DNA of 64,000 nucleotides from Flaccisagitta enflata (GCA_965153355.1 OZ231126.1:5270001-5334000); one strand, 5' to 3'; shown: positions 12,670-26,660, counted from the first letter of the stretch. The notes: generated by a model from the letters alone, not told the origin. Made by a program: numbers and translations.

Positions 12670-13239
12670 GTGAGTTCTCTTCTACATTACGATGCCCTTA
12701 CGGTGCCCTTACGATGCCCTTACGGGCCCTTGAACTTTCGCTTCTTCCGTATCGTAGTATCCCTTCCACATCCCACGCTGAAACGATATTTGATAACACA
12801 TGGTAACTTTTCACAAGTTTCAGTCGTGTGCACGAGGATCTTACCTGCTTTGTGTGTCGGTCGGTCTGTCAGTCCGTCAATCTGTTGGTCCATTTGTCCG
12901 CATCATTGCCTCTTTATCGGTTTCATTGCATTGCAACTCCTGCCCAAAAACTTGGTTCATGCTGTTTTAGACTGGGAGTAAATTTCCAGACATCCGAAAT
13001 CCGTCTCCCCCCTCTATGTTACAAAGTGCCTTTCAAATATGTTATTCAGACCCTCTTGGGCTCAAAATCAATGTGCTGCTCCTCTCTTTGCCCCTGGGAT
13101 TGGTGATGAGTGCACACCACTCCAACCACCAATCAATAAAATGGCCATAATATTATTCAAGATTTAACTGTACCATGGGAGTTCGATTTTTAGGAATTTG
13201 GGTTGATGTAATATTTGGATGTTAAATAAATATTTTAAT

Positions 13240-13990
13240 TTTCTGACTTAGCAAAAAAATCAGAATTCAAACAAGTTAATTTTTGTGTCCGCAGCATTAA
13301 CTTTTGTGAACAATATTCTAATACAAATTGATCAATAACTTTTTACTATGATTCTTTTTAGAACTTTAAAAAATGCCTTTTTTTCTTCATTGCATTTGAA
13401 TTTTTTAAAGATGAAGAAAGTATAAATGATACTTGACCCACCAAAAAAATCAGAACTCAAAAAAGTTAGTTTTTGTGGTCACAGTAATGATTTTGAAACA
13501 AGGGAGTAAAGTCAGTTTGTGATAAAAATTTTCTACTAACTTCAATTTTTTGCAGTGAGCTCATTTTTTATGCTAGTCTCACAATTTTTTAGGTGACAAT
13601 AGTTTATCAAATTTCCGACTCAACAAAAAATCAGAACTTAGAAATGTTGATTTTTGCACTACTTTTTGTTGATTTTACTAAAAATTTGCAAAATTATCTC
13701 TTAAACACCTGTCGTCCCATCTCTTTAATGAAATAATTTTTTGAAACAGAGGCAGCTTTTTTCAAGTGTGTGATAGTTTTACAATTTATTGATCTGCTGC
13801 AAAAATCAGAACTTGAAAAAGTGTATTTTTGTGCCTGTGGCATGAGTTTTTGTAAAACATTACAAAAACCAAAAAATGCAAAAAAAAAAGTGATTCGGCA
13901 GATCATATTTGGATGCCTTTCACAAAAATTGATGCCATGGGTACATTTGTTGACTTTTTTTAGTTCTGATTTTTTCTCTGAGCCAGAAAT
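13240..13990. repeat. ~185-bp diverged tandem units plus one inverted copy, probably the interior of a DNA transposon
   Basis: AAAAAATCAGAA(T/C)T recurs at ~13255, 13445, 13625 and 13800; inverted AGTTCTGATTTTTT at ~13962. Confidence 0.55.
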
Positions 13991-14349
13991 TTGGAGTTCT
14001 ATTACCACCTAGAAAATTTGGAAGCTAGTCAATAAATTGAACTCAGGGTAGGGGTTTGAATAGGCGGCCATTTTTATTGACGCCATGGTTAAGCCAACAA
14101 TATGACCTCTCAAGCCTCATTTTGAATTTTCCATCTCGGGCCTCAGATCTGCCCTCTACCCTGGCCTCATTTAAGTGTTCAGACTCCCCAAATCAACCCT
14201 TTACCGCCTCATATCGACCCCTTATGCAATCCAATCCGCCCTCTAAGCCCTGAAAAAGCTCCCAAGGGTCTCAAATGTGCCCTGCCCTGTTGTTACTCCA
14301 CTTCATCAGCTGATCCTTCCAAGCAGGACATCGGGTACCGTTGACCATG

Positions 14350-15790
14350 CAGGGAATGTAAGCGAATAAAAACCGCTTGAAAAAAACCGGTTTTTATTGC
14401 CGGTTTTTATTGGTTCTTTTCAAAGAAATTTTGAAAAAAACCGACGAAAGTGGTTTTTTTCAAAATTTTGACCCGAAAGAAGTTGCGCATGTGACCAAAT
14501 TCTAGGATTTCATTAAAAGCTGTAATTCTTACCCTTTTAAAAAACTTTACAGAACATTCAGAGTGATATATTTTATCTTCAAGTCATCAACTTCTTGTTT
14601 CTTCATATCAAAATTATATGACAAGTGGAACAATATCCCTCACTATACCCAAACTGAGAAATATGGCCTATGGAAGAAGGCCTCACTGACTAGTTACTAC
14701 ATGCATCACAACTAGTTTTCCATTTAGCAAAACTGACTTAGCAAACACCCATTCTGAGTCTGACCCAAAAGACTAGTTCTTACCAAATACAGATAAGGGC
14801 AAATGATTGTTACCTGTTTAACCAAAATTCAACAAATCACCCGAGGGTTACATTGTTAAGAAACCATACCCTTAAAGGATATAAATCATTGGTAATGCTA
14901 TCTGACATGGTGAGTGACAACATACTTAAAACAATGACAGAATTGTCAACAGTGAAACTGACAGTTTACAGTAGTCAATCAGATCGTATATGCATAGTGA
15001 CAAAAGTGACAACACTGACAATGACAATGATTCTCAAATGATTCTCAAAGTTCACCTAGATCTAGGGGCTGAAAAAAACCCAATAGCTTAATTTACATAA
15101 AAGCATAATTCTAGTTGGCTTGTTGCCCTAGTGAGATGAAATTCTGTATGAAGAAAGCCCATGGTTTTGCAAAGCTTCAGTTCTTATTTTATCTCACTGA
15201 GTTAACTAGAAGTATGCTTTTCATCAATTTCATGTAAATCAAGCTAAATATTGATACATGTTAGTTTCATCTCGGGTTTTTCTCTACCCTCAGGTCAAGG
15301 TGAAGTGATATTGACATTTATTCATTTTCACTTTTAGCAATGACACTAGCATGATTTACATCACATGCGCAACTGTGATTAATATAATTTTTTTTTTAAA
15401 TTGGTTTTGTATTCATCAAAACTGGTGAAATATCTTAGATCCATATGAATCATTGAAGTTGAGATCTTGGAAATCAACTACTTATGATGTTCTTCATGTC
15501 CAATCACTACTAGAAAAATAAGTTCAGTTTCCATGAGCAATAATGTCTGTACCAAATAGGCTCAATACCCTCAGTCTTACAAACTCTTTAACATCATAGC
15601 AATCTTTTTAGTATGCTTCAAAATAGTATACACCTGTAGAGTATGGTTTGAAAAGGTCATTTGTAATTAATGCGGTATTAAATTTTGAAAAAAACCGAGC
15701 TTTGAAAAAAACCCTGATAAAAATCGGTTTTTTTAAATAAATCGGGTTTTTTTGGTTTTTTTCAAAAATTTGGTTTTTTTACATTCCCTG
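14350..15790. mobile_element. Non-autonomous hAT-type element with 8-bp TSD, inserted into a minisatellite-bearing HINE-like repeat
   Basis: TGACCATG|CAGGGAATGTAA ... TTACATTCCCTG|TGACCATG, with subterminal AAAAACCG repeats. Confidence 0.88.
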
Positions 15791-18700
15791 TGACCATGTG
15801 TGATCCTTCGATGACTAATTCATCACTGCCCCTGGTCACCCGCACGCGACTTCAATAGCATTATATCCGGACTTGTATCAAGCTTAAGAAAAGTGGTCAA
15901 GCCAGAACTGCGTTGGAGACAATACATTCTAAGAGGCTCATATCAAGCCCGACTAAGTCCCCTTCTACTGTATGTTGCTGTTGGATATGTTGGATTTGGA
16001 TCCCAGTGACACTGATCTGGGAATTTGAGGTCGAGATCATAATCATCGGGACCAACATCTGTATCCCCATGGCTGAGATCTGGAATTTTTTAGGCCAGGA
16101 TCTGGGTTTTTGAACTCAGGCCTAAGTTTCCAAAGCTGTAAGTAATTTTCAAGTTATAGTTTGCTGGAGTGGGAATTACCATTTTTGGCCACATCGAGTT
16201 ATTCCTCGATGTGGTCTATAACATAGCCTTGATCGGGTAGTAAGCCGTTGTCGTTGTTGTTCATGTCAACCTTTAAAAACTTGAGAACTACAACTCAGAT
16301 CATCTGAGTCAGATGTTGATGAAACTTGGTCAGTGTGAAAAACAAGGCATATGCGGCTGATCAACGCGTGGGTAGGCAAGTTATAGTTTTGGAGTGGGAA
16401 GATCATTTGGGCACAGCAGTTATTCCAAAAACCCTATAACATAGCCTTGCGGGTAGAAGCCGGACGGTTGACATGACAACCGAAAAACGAGAACGACAAC
16501 AGATAACTGAGGATGTTGATGAAACTTGGTCAGTGTGAAAAAAAATCATATCTTCCGTTCTGATCAACTTTTGAGGTAATTCTTTTTGCTATGTGTCTAC
16601 CGACCAACAACGCATGTTTAGACACTTGAGTGCAGATCTCACTTCGATACTGCTATGTGCGTCGGTTGGTCCGTCCATCACACTTTACTTTTTTTGGGAC
16701 TTTTGCGGTTTTTTGCCTCATGGCTTCTGCCCAAATGATAAAGTGGCCTCAAATATGGCCCCTGCCCATCCGCACGCGACTAGGGTAACCGTGTATCCGG
16801 CCTTGTTCAATATCAAATCTATAAGTCCGACTTTTGAGCTTTAGTTCCGAGGCACATTGTACTAAGTGTGCCCCTGTTTCTGCCACCCTACCCAGTAGTA
16901 GGGTATGTGACATAGCGAATGTCATCAAACCATTGATACTTCTATACCCTAACAATGCAATGCTTTTATGATCGTAAGTCGGGTTCTTCCATCAAAATGA
17001 GTTAATTGGGTGTGCCAAAATGCAAAAAATTATTCTATAGAGATATAACACTAGGACAATATGGGCTTCTAATTTAAAAGCCCTCATCGTTTTTTTTTCA
17101 GATTTCGCCTATCTTCTGTTTTCATTTCAAAACCCCTGTTTTGCCCCTAATTTGCATATCGTGGTAATCATGTAATTGACTAGTTCATTTGCTGTGTTTG
17201 TTCATGAGTTTGATTCATTTCTTATGGCACCATGAGGTGTAAAACTGAACAGTAGCCCTTTTAGATCTATCTCCTCGAAAGTTCTTAACTGTAGAATGGT
17301 ATTTCTCTAAGTAAATTAACCGTGTTTTGGCAAAGAAGAGTACTGACATATCATTTGATTTGGATCGCAGGAAAAAACGGTACCCGATCGAATTTAAAAA
17401 AAAAGAAAACGGTGACCGTCTTGAAATCAAAATCCCCATCTTGAGTTAGTCCTACGATATTGAAATCGGACATCACCCCTATTTGGCACCCCTGAATGAG
17501 TTAGTGACACTTGCCTTGACATTTGATCTGTCTTTGCTACTAACGCGGGCATTTCTTGCAATAGCAGACTTGCATCAACGGAGTGATCTTTGAGCACTCT
17601 AAAAATCAATGTGGGAAGAAAATATTAGAAAATTTAAATACCAAAATTTACGAAGAGTAGGGTCCGCGACAACGTAGTCAAATGGCGTTGTCAGTATCAA
17701 AGTCTGATCTGATGCTGGTATGAGTTTCCTTCCATACATAAGATACGCATTATTCAATCATATGTCCGAATGGAACATCCAAAATCATGAACTATTGCGT
17801 CCCCCAATATTCGTACACCCAAACCGTGACTCTGTGCATGTGGATGTATACATCCGAACCCGCCGAGTCAGTGTAAAGGGGCCGCTGTTGAATATGGCCA
17901 TTCTCGTATTCTTGTTCGGTCTGAACGCAAATAGTGAAGTATGCCAGTATCTTACCTTTTCCCCCTTTCCCTTTCTTGCAACGTAAAACGTTACACATTT
18001 CTTTGGGAGTTCCGTCCTTCGCCTTTGGGGGGTTGCATGCTGAAATCTCTGAACGCGGACGCAAAGTAATCAACCGTTGACAAACATTGCCCACTTCGAC
18101 TGTACTTGTATCATTATCGTGACACTGGATTGGGCCATACCGAGACGCTTTTTATGAGGTCCTAGTTTGTTGGTCTTCTGTAGGGCCTAGGGCCTAGAGA
18201 GGAGCAATAGTACATCTTACCACTGGCAATGAGCGAAAAAGCGAAGATGCAGATCACGGTCTTCTTGAAGTCCATATTGAAGAAGCAGATGTAAAAAAAA
18301 AGCAAGGGAAAGGGAGGAAAAAAACTTCGGGGAAAAAAATGATAAAAAGTAGGTAACGACGAAGCTTACGCTACTAAGGCCTTGCATAAGGCGTTTTTTT
18401 CCGCGGTTTCAGTTCGGGTTCAGAATATCCCAAAACCTTTCCTCGGGTTTGTCGGGTTTACATCAGTTTTTTTAAGTAAATATACCAGTAATGGCGGCTG
18501 TCGCCGTGAGGAAAAAAGTTGTAAGCATTGGACAATTTTGACCAAGCGTTTATCTTTAGTCCATGCAGTTTTTTTTATTTGTTAGATGTATGTATTGATT
18601 GCACTGTAAATCAGATAAAAAAAGAACTGAGCCAAATGAGCTAGATGAGTTACAATACTCAAAATCACTAAATCAGATATCCAGCTATGCTCACTGAAAT

Positions 18701-19291
18701 GCTTGTTTTTGCATGCTCAATTAAAACATTTATTCATCCTTTTAAAAATCAGAAAAAAAACTGAGCAAAATGAGCTGAATGAGCTAGAATACTTAAAAAC
18801 ATCCTCACAGATGAGCAGCTCTGCTCACTGACATGCTTTCTTAGAGCTGCTTACTTGTATGAAATATTTATTTCTTGTTGCATTTAAAATCAGAAGAAAA
18901 GACTGAACTAAATGAGCTTAAATGCTCAAAAACACCTTCACAGTTGAGCAGCTATGCTCATAAATATGTTTTCTTGTATTTTCATGCTAAAACAAACTTA
19001 AATACACTCCTTTATTGCTCTTACTCAAAGTAAAAAAAAATTGAAAAACAATTCAATTTGAATTTTTCATAAATAAATCTTTAAAAATTTATAATGCGAA
19101 AAATATTTGCTATAGAGCATTTTGCTTGGCTTCAAATGAAAGAGAATTATCAAATTTACTTACCTTATCAATTTTGTCCAAGGGTGCAATCGCTCGATGG
19201 AGATTCTCGACTTCCTTATAAGAAAATGAAAACCCTGTTTCTCTTGAACATGTCAAAAAGTCGAAGACTGACTTTGACTTTTTTACCGATT

Positions 19292-19678
19292 AAAAAAAAG
19301 ATAGAAAAAAGAAACTAGAAAAAAAAAGAGAGAAAGAAAAAAAGAGAGAAAAAAATAAAAAAAAAAAAAAAACACACACACAAACACGGACATAGTGAGA
19401 AAGAAAATTTTGAAAATGTGAGCAAAAAGGAAAATAAATGAATGGGAAAACCAAATTTAAGAAAAAAAAAAAAAAACAAAGAAATGAATGCAAGTAGGGA
19501 GAAAGAGAGAGAGAGAAACTGACTATCTCTCCTATGAGAAAAAGAAAGAGAGAGAGAGAAAGAGAGAAAGAGAGAAAGAGAGAAAGAGAGAAAGAGAGAA
19601 AGAGAGAAAGAGAGAAAGAGAAAGAAAGAGAGAAAGAAAGAGAGAAAGGAAGAGAGAAAGAGAGAAAGAGAGAGAGAG

Positions 19679-19737
<59 letters not shown>

Positions 19738-19757
19738 GAGAAAGAAAGAGAGAAATA

Positions 19758-19813
<56 letters not shown>

Positions 19814-20640
19814 GAAAAAGAAAGAAAGAAAGAAAAAGAAAGAAAGAAAGAAAGAGAAAGAAAGAGAAAGAAAAAGAGAGCAAGAGAGAAAGAAAGAGAG
19901 AAAAAGAAAGAAAGAGAGAAAGAAAGAAAGAAAAAGAAAAAGAGAAAAAGAAAGAAAGAGAAAAAGAAAGAAAGAGAAAGAAAGAAAGAAAAGAAAAAGA
20001 AAAGAGAAAAGAAAGAAAGAGAAAAAGAAAAGAAGAGAAAAAGAAAGAAAGAGAAAAAGAAAGAAAAAGAGAAAAAGAAAGAAAGAGAAAAAGAAAAAGA
20101 AAGAGAAAAAAAAAGAAAGAGAGAAAAAGAAAGAGAAAAAGAAAGAAAAGAGAAAAAGAAAGAAAGAGAAAAAGAAAGAAAGAGAAAGAGAAAGAAAGAG
20201 AAAAAGAAAGAAAGAGAGAAAGAAAGAGAGAGAGAAAGAAGGAGAGAGAGAAAGAGAGAGAGAGAAAGAAAGAAGGAGGTAGAGAAAGAAGGAGAGAGGA
20301 GAAAGAAAGAGGGAAGAAAGAGAGAGAGAAAGAAAGAGAGAGAGAAAGAAAGAGAGAGAGAAAGAAAGAAAGAGAGAAAGAAAGAAAGAGAGAAAGAAAG
20401 TTAGATAGAGAAAGAAGAGCAGAGAAAGAAAGAAAGAGAGAGGGTACAGAAAGAACGAAAGAGAGAAAGAAAGAGAGAAAGAAAGAAAGAGAGAAAGAGT
20501 AAGAGAAAGAAAGAAAGACAGGGTAAAGAAAGAGAGAAAGAAAGAAAGAGAAGAGAAAGAATAAAGAGAGAAGAAAGAAAGAGAGAAAGAAAGAAAGAGA
20601 GAGAAAGAAAGATATAAAAGAAAGATAAGAGAAAGAGACA
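19292..20640. repeat. ~1.35-kb A/G-rich low-complexity tract, (GA)n/(GAAA)n over most of its length
   Basis: Visible directly. Confidence 0.95.
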
Positions 20641-20714
20641 GACAGACTAACACACACACACACATAGACTGACTGGAGGATTGAGGCTGGTCTGATTGAG
20701 GCTGGTCTGACGAG

Positions 20715-20935
20715 GGCTGGCCCGATCGAGTGGCCGGTCCGACGAGTGGCCGGGTCCACCGAAAGGCCGTCCGAACGCGGCCGGGTCCGACGAGGGCGGC
20801 CCGACCGGAGCGCTGTCCGACCGGAAGTGGCCGGGTCTCACCGAAGCGGCCGGTCCACGAGCGGGCCGTCCATCGAGTGGCCGGGTCCGACGAAAAGGGT
20901 CCATCGAGTGGCCGGTCCGAACGAGTAGCCGGGTT
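20715..20935. repeat. GC-rich degenerate ~17-bp tandem repeat (CGAGTGGCCGGGTCCGA), possibly a transposon subterminal array
   Basis: Repeated GAGTGGCCG(G)GTCC motifs. Confidence 0.6.
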
Positions 20936-20980
20936 TATTTTCACTTTAGTAACCATGATGTGGCCCTTAGTTTTTCAGTT

Positions 20981-21157
20981 TTTAGTCGCCTGCACGCGAC
21001 TCTACACCCAGCTTTGTCCGTCGGTTGGTCACGTTTTACTTTTTTTTATGATTTTATTCCTTTGGCCCTACTGCTATTGCCTAGATGGTCTAGTGACCTC
21101 AAATATGGCCCCTGCCCACCCACACGCGACTTCGGTAGCCGTGTATCCGGCCTTGTT
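20981..21157 (+). mobile_element. DINE-1/HINE-like element (AGTCGCGTG subfamily)
   Basis: TTTAGTCGC..CACGCGACT at the start, (GTCG) tract, and an end CACGCGACT..GCCGTGTATCCGGC-CTTGTT. Confidence 0.7.
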
Positions 21158-21236
21158 TAATCCCGAACTCGCTACTTTATAAGAGGCTTTGTCCGTCCAT
21201 CCCTCCAAACAAGACCAAAACGCTCGAGTAGAAAAG

Positions 21237-22840
21237 TGTGTCAGGTCGCCCAAGGGCAATATGTGGACAGCGATACCTGTTGCCTTGCTTTGTATGATTG
21301 TGAATTTGAGTGAGAGGAGGCAGGGTAGCGGCTCCGAAGGGAACTAAGTCCTGTAGAACACGGGGACTTTCTTTCGTCCGTCCATCCATCTTGTTTTAGG
21401 TCTGAGAGGACACATTTGAGACTTGAGAGAAGATTTGAGGTCCGAGGGCTGAATTGATAGTTGAACAGGTCGCTCAAGGGCAATATGTGGTCAGTGATAC
21501 CTGTTGCCCTGCTTTGAGTAATTGTGAATTGGAGGGGTAGCAGGGCAGCGGCCCCAAAGGGGACAAAGTCCTGTAGAACACAAGGGGACTTTCGTTTGTC
21601 CTGCCTGGAGAAATGAATGAGATGCTATAGAGGGCTGACTGAAGGCCTTCTCAGAGCCTAAACTGAGGTCTAAGAGGGCTATTGGTTTATAATGCCAACC
21701 GGTTGAGAGACTAACTGGAGCTTGAGAGAGCTGGAATATGGAAAGGTTGAGATGAATTGAAGCCTGGAGAGAATAAATGAGCTATTAGTTGACCTGAGGC
21801 CTGAGAGGCCAGGCTTTGGAGGCCTGAGAATTTAAATTTGAAGCCAGAGTGCCTAATTTAAGACCTGAGAGGCCAGGTTTGAGGCCTGCTTGGATTGAGG
21901 CCTGAGAGATTTGCGGCCTAGGAGCGGATTCGAGGCCTGACAGGCTGGGACTGAGGCCTGACAGGCCGGGTTTGAGGCCTGACAGGCCGGATTTGAGGCC
22001 TGACAGCCCGGGTTTGAGGCCTGAGAGGCTGGATTTGAGGCCTGAGAGGCCAGATTTGAGGTCTGAAGGGCCTGATGGGGGGGGGAGACAAACAAACGGA
22101 TGAACAAACAAGTCATCCAAGGATTGCACATGGTCAGCGGTACCCGATGCCCTGCTTGGAGTGATAGCTGAAGAAGTGGTGTGAAAGCAGGGCAGCGGCC
22201 CCAGAGGGCCAATGTCCTGTAGGACACAGGGGTGAACCATTACGTACGCCTGTCCTGACAAGGCTGATTTAGAGACTTTCAGAGCTAATTTTGGGCCCCT
22301 CAGAGACTGATTTTGGCTTGAGAGGGCTGACTTGGGGCCTGAGAGGCTGATTTCTTTTGATAGGGCTAATTTGGGGCCTCAGGCCTTGGGGGACGGACAG
22401 ACAGACAGACAGACGATTTAATGGTTCACTCCTGTAAGCAGGACATCGCCCTTTGCCATGCTCAACAAAAGTCCCCCTGTGTTCTACAGGACTCCGTCCT
22501 CTTCGGGGACACTGCCCAAAAGCAAGATTTGAAGCTTGAAAGGACTGATTTCGGGCCTGGGGCTGAGAAGACAGATTTTAGGTTTGAATGGCAGATTTTA
22601 GCCCTGAGAGGTTGGATTTCAGGTCAGAAGGGGCAGATTTCCAGCCAGAACAGAGAGGGCCGATATTAGGTCTAGGAGGGCATATTTTAGGCCTGAGGGG
22701 GCAGATATCATACCTGAGAAGGCAGATTTCAGGTCTGAGAGGCCTGGTGGGGGGGGACAAATGAAGGGACAGACAAACGAATGAAAGTCTCCCTGTGTTC
22801 TACCGCACCATGTCTCATTCGGGGCTGCTGCCCAAAAAGG
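21237..22840. mobile_element. Cluster of related repeats carrying a 21-bp minisatellite (GAGAGGCTGGATTTGAGGCCT)n; same family as 37597-38587
   Basis: Shared GCAGGGCAGCGGCCCCA..GTCCTGTAG(A/G)ACAC motif in several copies, and 21-bp tandem units at 21860-22075. Confidence 0.7.
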
Positions 22841-22850
22841 CGATTGTATT

Positions 22851-23105
22851 TTTAAGTGCGTCCTCGCACTTCTATAAGAGGTCATGTCCGTCGGTCGGTC
22901 GGTCGGTTGGTCGGTCGGTCGGTTGGTCGGTCACGCAAACGTTTGAAATGCGCAAAACGGCTGATTCTGACGTATTTCTTCATTCCTATCACCATCATTC
23001 ATTCATTCATTCATTCATTCATTCATTCATTCATTCATCAAAAACGTTCATTCACAAAATCTTAATCAAGCGAGGCGCACTTATTGGCCTTCACTTGGCC
23101 TTGTT
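22851..23105 (+). mobile_element. DINE-1/HINE-like element (AAGTGCG subfamily)
   Basis: TTTAAGTGCGTCCTCGCACTT start, (GTCG)n and (CATT)n tracts, and an end GCGCACTT..GGCC-TTCACTT-GGCC-TTGTT. Confidence 0.7.
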
Positions 23106-23303
23106 TGAAGTGTGTAGGGGGGGAGGGTTTCACGCCCCTACCTAGGACATTGTAACTCCGGGTTACTTGTTTAACTTCACACAATTGTTTTGAGTTGAAT
23201 TGTTAAAAGCTGAAAGCTTAGCCAGTCAGTAAATCGATTGGTACATCGGTTTATCCCCCCCATTTTGTACAGCCTTGACGCTCTGCCACCATATATACAT
23301 ATA

Positions 23304-23613
23304 CAGGCCTGTATATTCTTGAGTTTGGGGAAAAAAAATCAAAGGGTCTGGAGATGGGAAAGGAAAACAAAGGGGGAAAAAAGAGAAAAAAAGGAAATTT
23401 GGGGAAAATATAACTTTTTACAGTACCAAATCATAAAACTTAATTAGTAAAACACAATTTAACACTATTTAAACCTTAACTACATAGTTTTATTGCTATA
23501 TGGGGAAGAAAATCATGGATATAAAAATGCGACGCGACACATCGCGGGGAAGAAAATCAAAGGCAGGGGGGGGGGGGAAAAAATCAAAAGTGACTCAAGA
23601 ATATACACCCCTG
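23304..23613. mobile_element. hAT-type MITE with 8-bp TSD
   Basis: TACATATA|CAGGCCTGTATATTCTTGAGT ... ACTCAAGAATATACACCCCTG|TACATATA. Confidence 0.82.
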
Positions 23614-26308
23614 TACATATATTCAGTCCACCTCGTTCAATGTTGTTAGTTGATAGTTACAGGGTATTCCATTACATCTTCGGTCTTTGGTCTTTTCTTA
23701 TTATATGACTACCACTCTCTCGTTGTGGACATCCTAGCCTTGGTTGAATAAACATTGTGCTAACCATTTTTTTCCTGTTTCGCTAATCGTCTCTCGACGC
23801 TAAAACTGCCTCAATTGCCACTTTCTCGTTTCTTTCTTTTTTTTTTTTTTTCATTTGGTCGATTTCTGCGTTCCCATCTTTGGCCTCCTTTCACTCATTT
23901 CTCCTTTGTCCTATTCATGTTGGAACCTTTCTGTCCATTCATGGTATCGTTAATTTTTTTGGTTTTCTTTGTCGTCTTTCATCTCTCCCGTCTTTTGACA
24001 GCCGTATAGTCTCCTCCTCTTCATCATCATCTTTTTCATCATCCTCTTCATCATCATCTTTTTCATCATCCTCTTCATCATCCTCTTCATCATCCTCTCC
24101 ATCATCCTCTCTAGAACTCCTTCTGCTCCTCCTCCTTTTGCTCATATCTTTTTCCATAGAATTAAAGAAGACTCTTCCTGTTTTCCTCCAAATGTAGTGT
24201 GTATAAAGAAGGATTTAAGGATTTAAGCAAATGAGCGAGCGCTAAAGAAATGAGCAGGAATGAGAGAAATATCGCATAATCGGGCAAAAAAGAGAAAAAT
24301 GAGGAAGAGAGGAAGGAAATGATAAGGAGCAGACTCAAAGGAAGGAACGGAGGAAGAAAATTGTCTTCAGAGATAGAAAAGATACACAAGGGGTTACAAT
24401 GTTGTCGCGGACGGCAAGGCTGGGGAATACACCCCCCCTCCACGCACACCCAATACAGATTTGCGCTTTCGAGGAGCATGATGGACTGGACGGGCCAACA
24501 GACGGACAAAGCCTCCTATAGAGTAGCGAATCCGCGATATAAAATGGAAAACTATTAGAGCAAGAGTCAAAACGCAACAGAAACTTTCATTCCGTAAACC
24601 TCTATCATTTGCATTGATGCCATTTTTACGTGTGTTTTTTTGTATTGACATTCGTTCCTTATTCTGACCTATTTCCTCCAGCGGCTTCTTCTGTCCATTT
24701 TGATGTCAAATATCGTAACTTCTGTATTTCCCCGGACGATGAATGATGGTTGAGGGGGAAAAGTAATTTATTCACTCTATAGACGCACATTTTTTTTTTG
24801 TGGGGGGGGGAGAGCATCAGAGTAAAGGATAGCATTAGGCAACTTCTGACTCTGTCAACGAAGCAAGGCCCGTTACGTAGTCGAATATTTCGTGTGAAGC
24901 ATGGGCCGGGGCACTAAGAACGGATACATCGGCAGACATGGGATCCATTCTGAATCGCCGAGCCTGCCAAAAATGCATTTTCGGGCTCCTGTAACACTTT
25001 CCTTTTCCACTCTTGCTTTACTGTGGGTGTGTATAAAAGGCCTTGCAAATTACTATGTAAAATGAAGGTGTACAATTTTTTTTGAAATTCAAAAATGAGG
25101 GTCAAAGGTCATCAAAGTCAAATTTTCAGCAAAAGATCGATTTTGATTGTGGTTTTAGAATCTTCCAGAACAGATCACGATTGTCAGGTGTGCGGGGATA
25201 ATGCTAAAAAGGCCATGTTAGATCAGTTATTTGAGCAAGTTTACTTTTCCTATGGTTAGGGACGAAAGGACCTAGCTGCCTATTACACTGATCGACATAA
25301 TGAACGTCAGAATAGTTACAGCCTTGCATGAATATACCAAAAAAAGGGTTTTTACCAAATATTGTCGCCTGAGGATACAATCTCCATTTCAAAAAGAGAA
25401 AGACTTGGTGCGCAGTTAAAATTCCATGGATATTCAATTGTGAATGGATGCGACTACAGAGTTTTGACATAACAAAAAAAAACGAAAGGGTGAATGCTTT
25501 CGTTTTCATTTCTCTCTCTTTTTCAAGTTTTTCTCAAGGGAAAAAAAACTGAAAATTCTGCATCATCGCGGCGCTCTTTTCTCTTTCTTTTTTTTTAGCG
25601 AAGAAGGCCTTTACTTAAAGGGTCCATTGATGAGTAAAAGCTCTATTCTCATTCATTCATCATGGAGAGTTAGAATTTCCTTTTCATCATGAAACTTCCC
25701 TCTCTTTCTCCCTCCTGAGTTACCTAAGAGTTTGTGTTCTCTTTCTCCTTTTCATGGTTTGTTTTGACGAGGCAAAAATCAAGGAGGAAATTGGTAGAAG
25801 AAGAAGAAGAAAAAGAAAAAGAAAAAGAAAAAGAAAAAGAAGAAGAAGAAGAAGAAAGTCTTTGTTGTAAAGTTAAACAGGGTGCAGACGAAACTATCAA
25901 ATTTTAAAATTCGATTTACCTCCTTGGAAATGACATCTTTCACGTTGTCTGTATGGTGTCAGAGGCACCAACAGTAATATGTCTCTTGAACTCACATTGA
26001 GGGTGTGGTGTGGAAGAAGAGGAAATGACTGAGTATCACACATCCTGGTCAGTCAGCGGTTGTTATTCGTTGTAATTGGTACCTCTGCGCACCTCCATCT
26101 ATTGTATAGAGTCGTGCTTCCCGTCTGTCCGCATAATTGTCATACTATGTCAAATAGCTATGATTTCAACTCTAATCAACTTTTACATAGCAGACTTGAT
26201 GCAAAAATGATTGATTTAGGTTTTAGAACGGTGTCTACTCAATTTCTGTATGTCCCACATGAGCGCGAAACTGACCTTATATTGTTTTGCTTTCCTCTGC
26301 TTTGAGAT

Positions 26309-26660
26309 CATGTGGCTTTGCCTTGCTGACATGTGGCTTTGCCTTGCTGACATGTGGCTTTGCCTTGCTGACATGTGGCTTTGCCTTGCTGACATGTGGC
26401 TTTGCCTTGCTGACATGTGGCTTTGCCTTGCTGACATGTGGCTTTGCCTTGCTGACATGTGGCTTTGCCTTGCTGACAAATGGTTTTGCTTTGCCGACAG
26501 GCGGCTTTGCTTTGCCGACAGGCGGCTTTGCTTTGCCAACAGGTGGCTTTGCTTTGCTGACAGGCGGCTTTGCTTTGCTGACAGGCGGCTTTGCTTTGCT
26601 GACATGCAGCTTTATTTTGCTGACAAATGGTTTTGCTTTGCTGACATGCGGCTTTGCTTT
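26309..26660. repeat. 21-bp minisatellite (ATGTGGCTTTGCCTTGCTGAC)n, about 17 copies
   Basis: Visible directly. Confidence 0.95.

Noticed and set aside
16150-16545. Tandem ~200-bp duplicate whose second copy has many 1-3 nt deletions
   Set aside because: The deletion-dominated pattern (also at ~37930-38170) resembles poor long-read consensus. It cannot be separated from an assembly artefact without raw reads.
17640-18150. Possible decayed piggyBac-like transposase fragment on the minus strand (..LNNAYLMY..)
   Set aside because: Only one weak motif amid stop codons, and no TIR or TTAA found. Needs tBLASTn.
19290-20956. Long ORFs (489, 474, 264 aa) rich in S/L/F or E/R/K
   Set aside because: Translations of a stop-free (GA/GAAA)n tract. 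The same applies to ORFs at 3552-4184, 4790-5744, 40728-41118 and 59523-59976.
23939-24157. Acidic 72-aa ORF
   Set aside because: Derived from a (TCA/TCC)n triplet repeat, with no convincing splice context.
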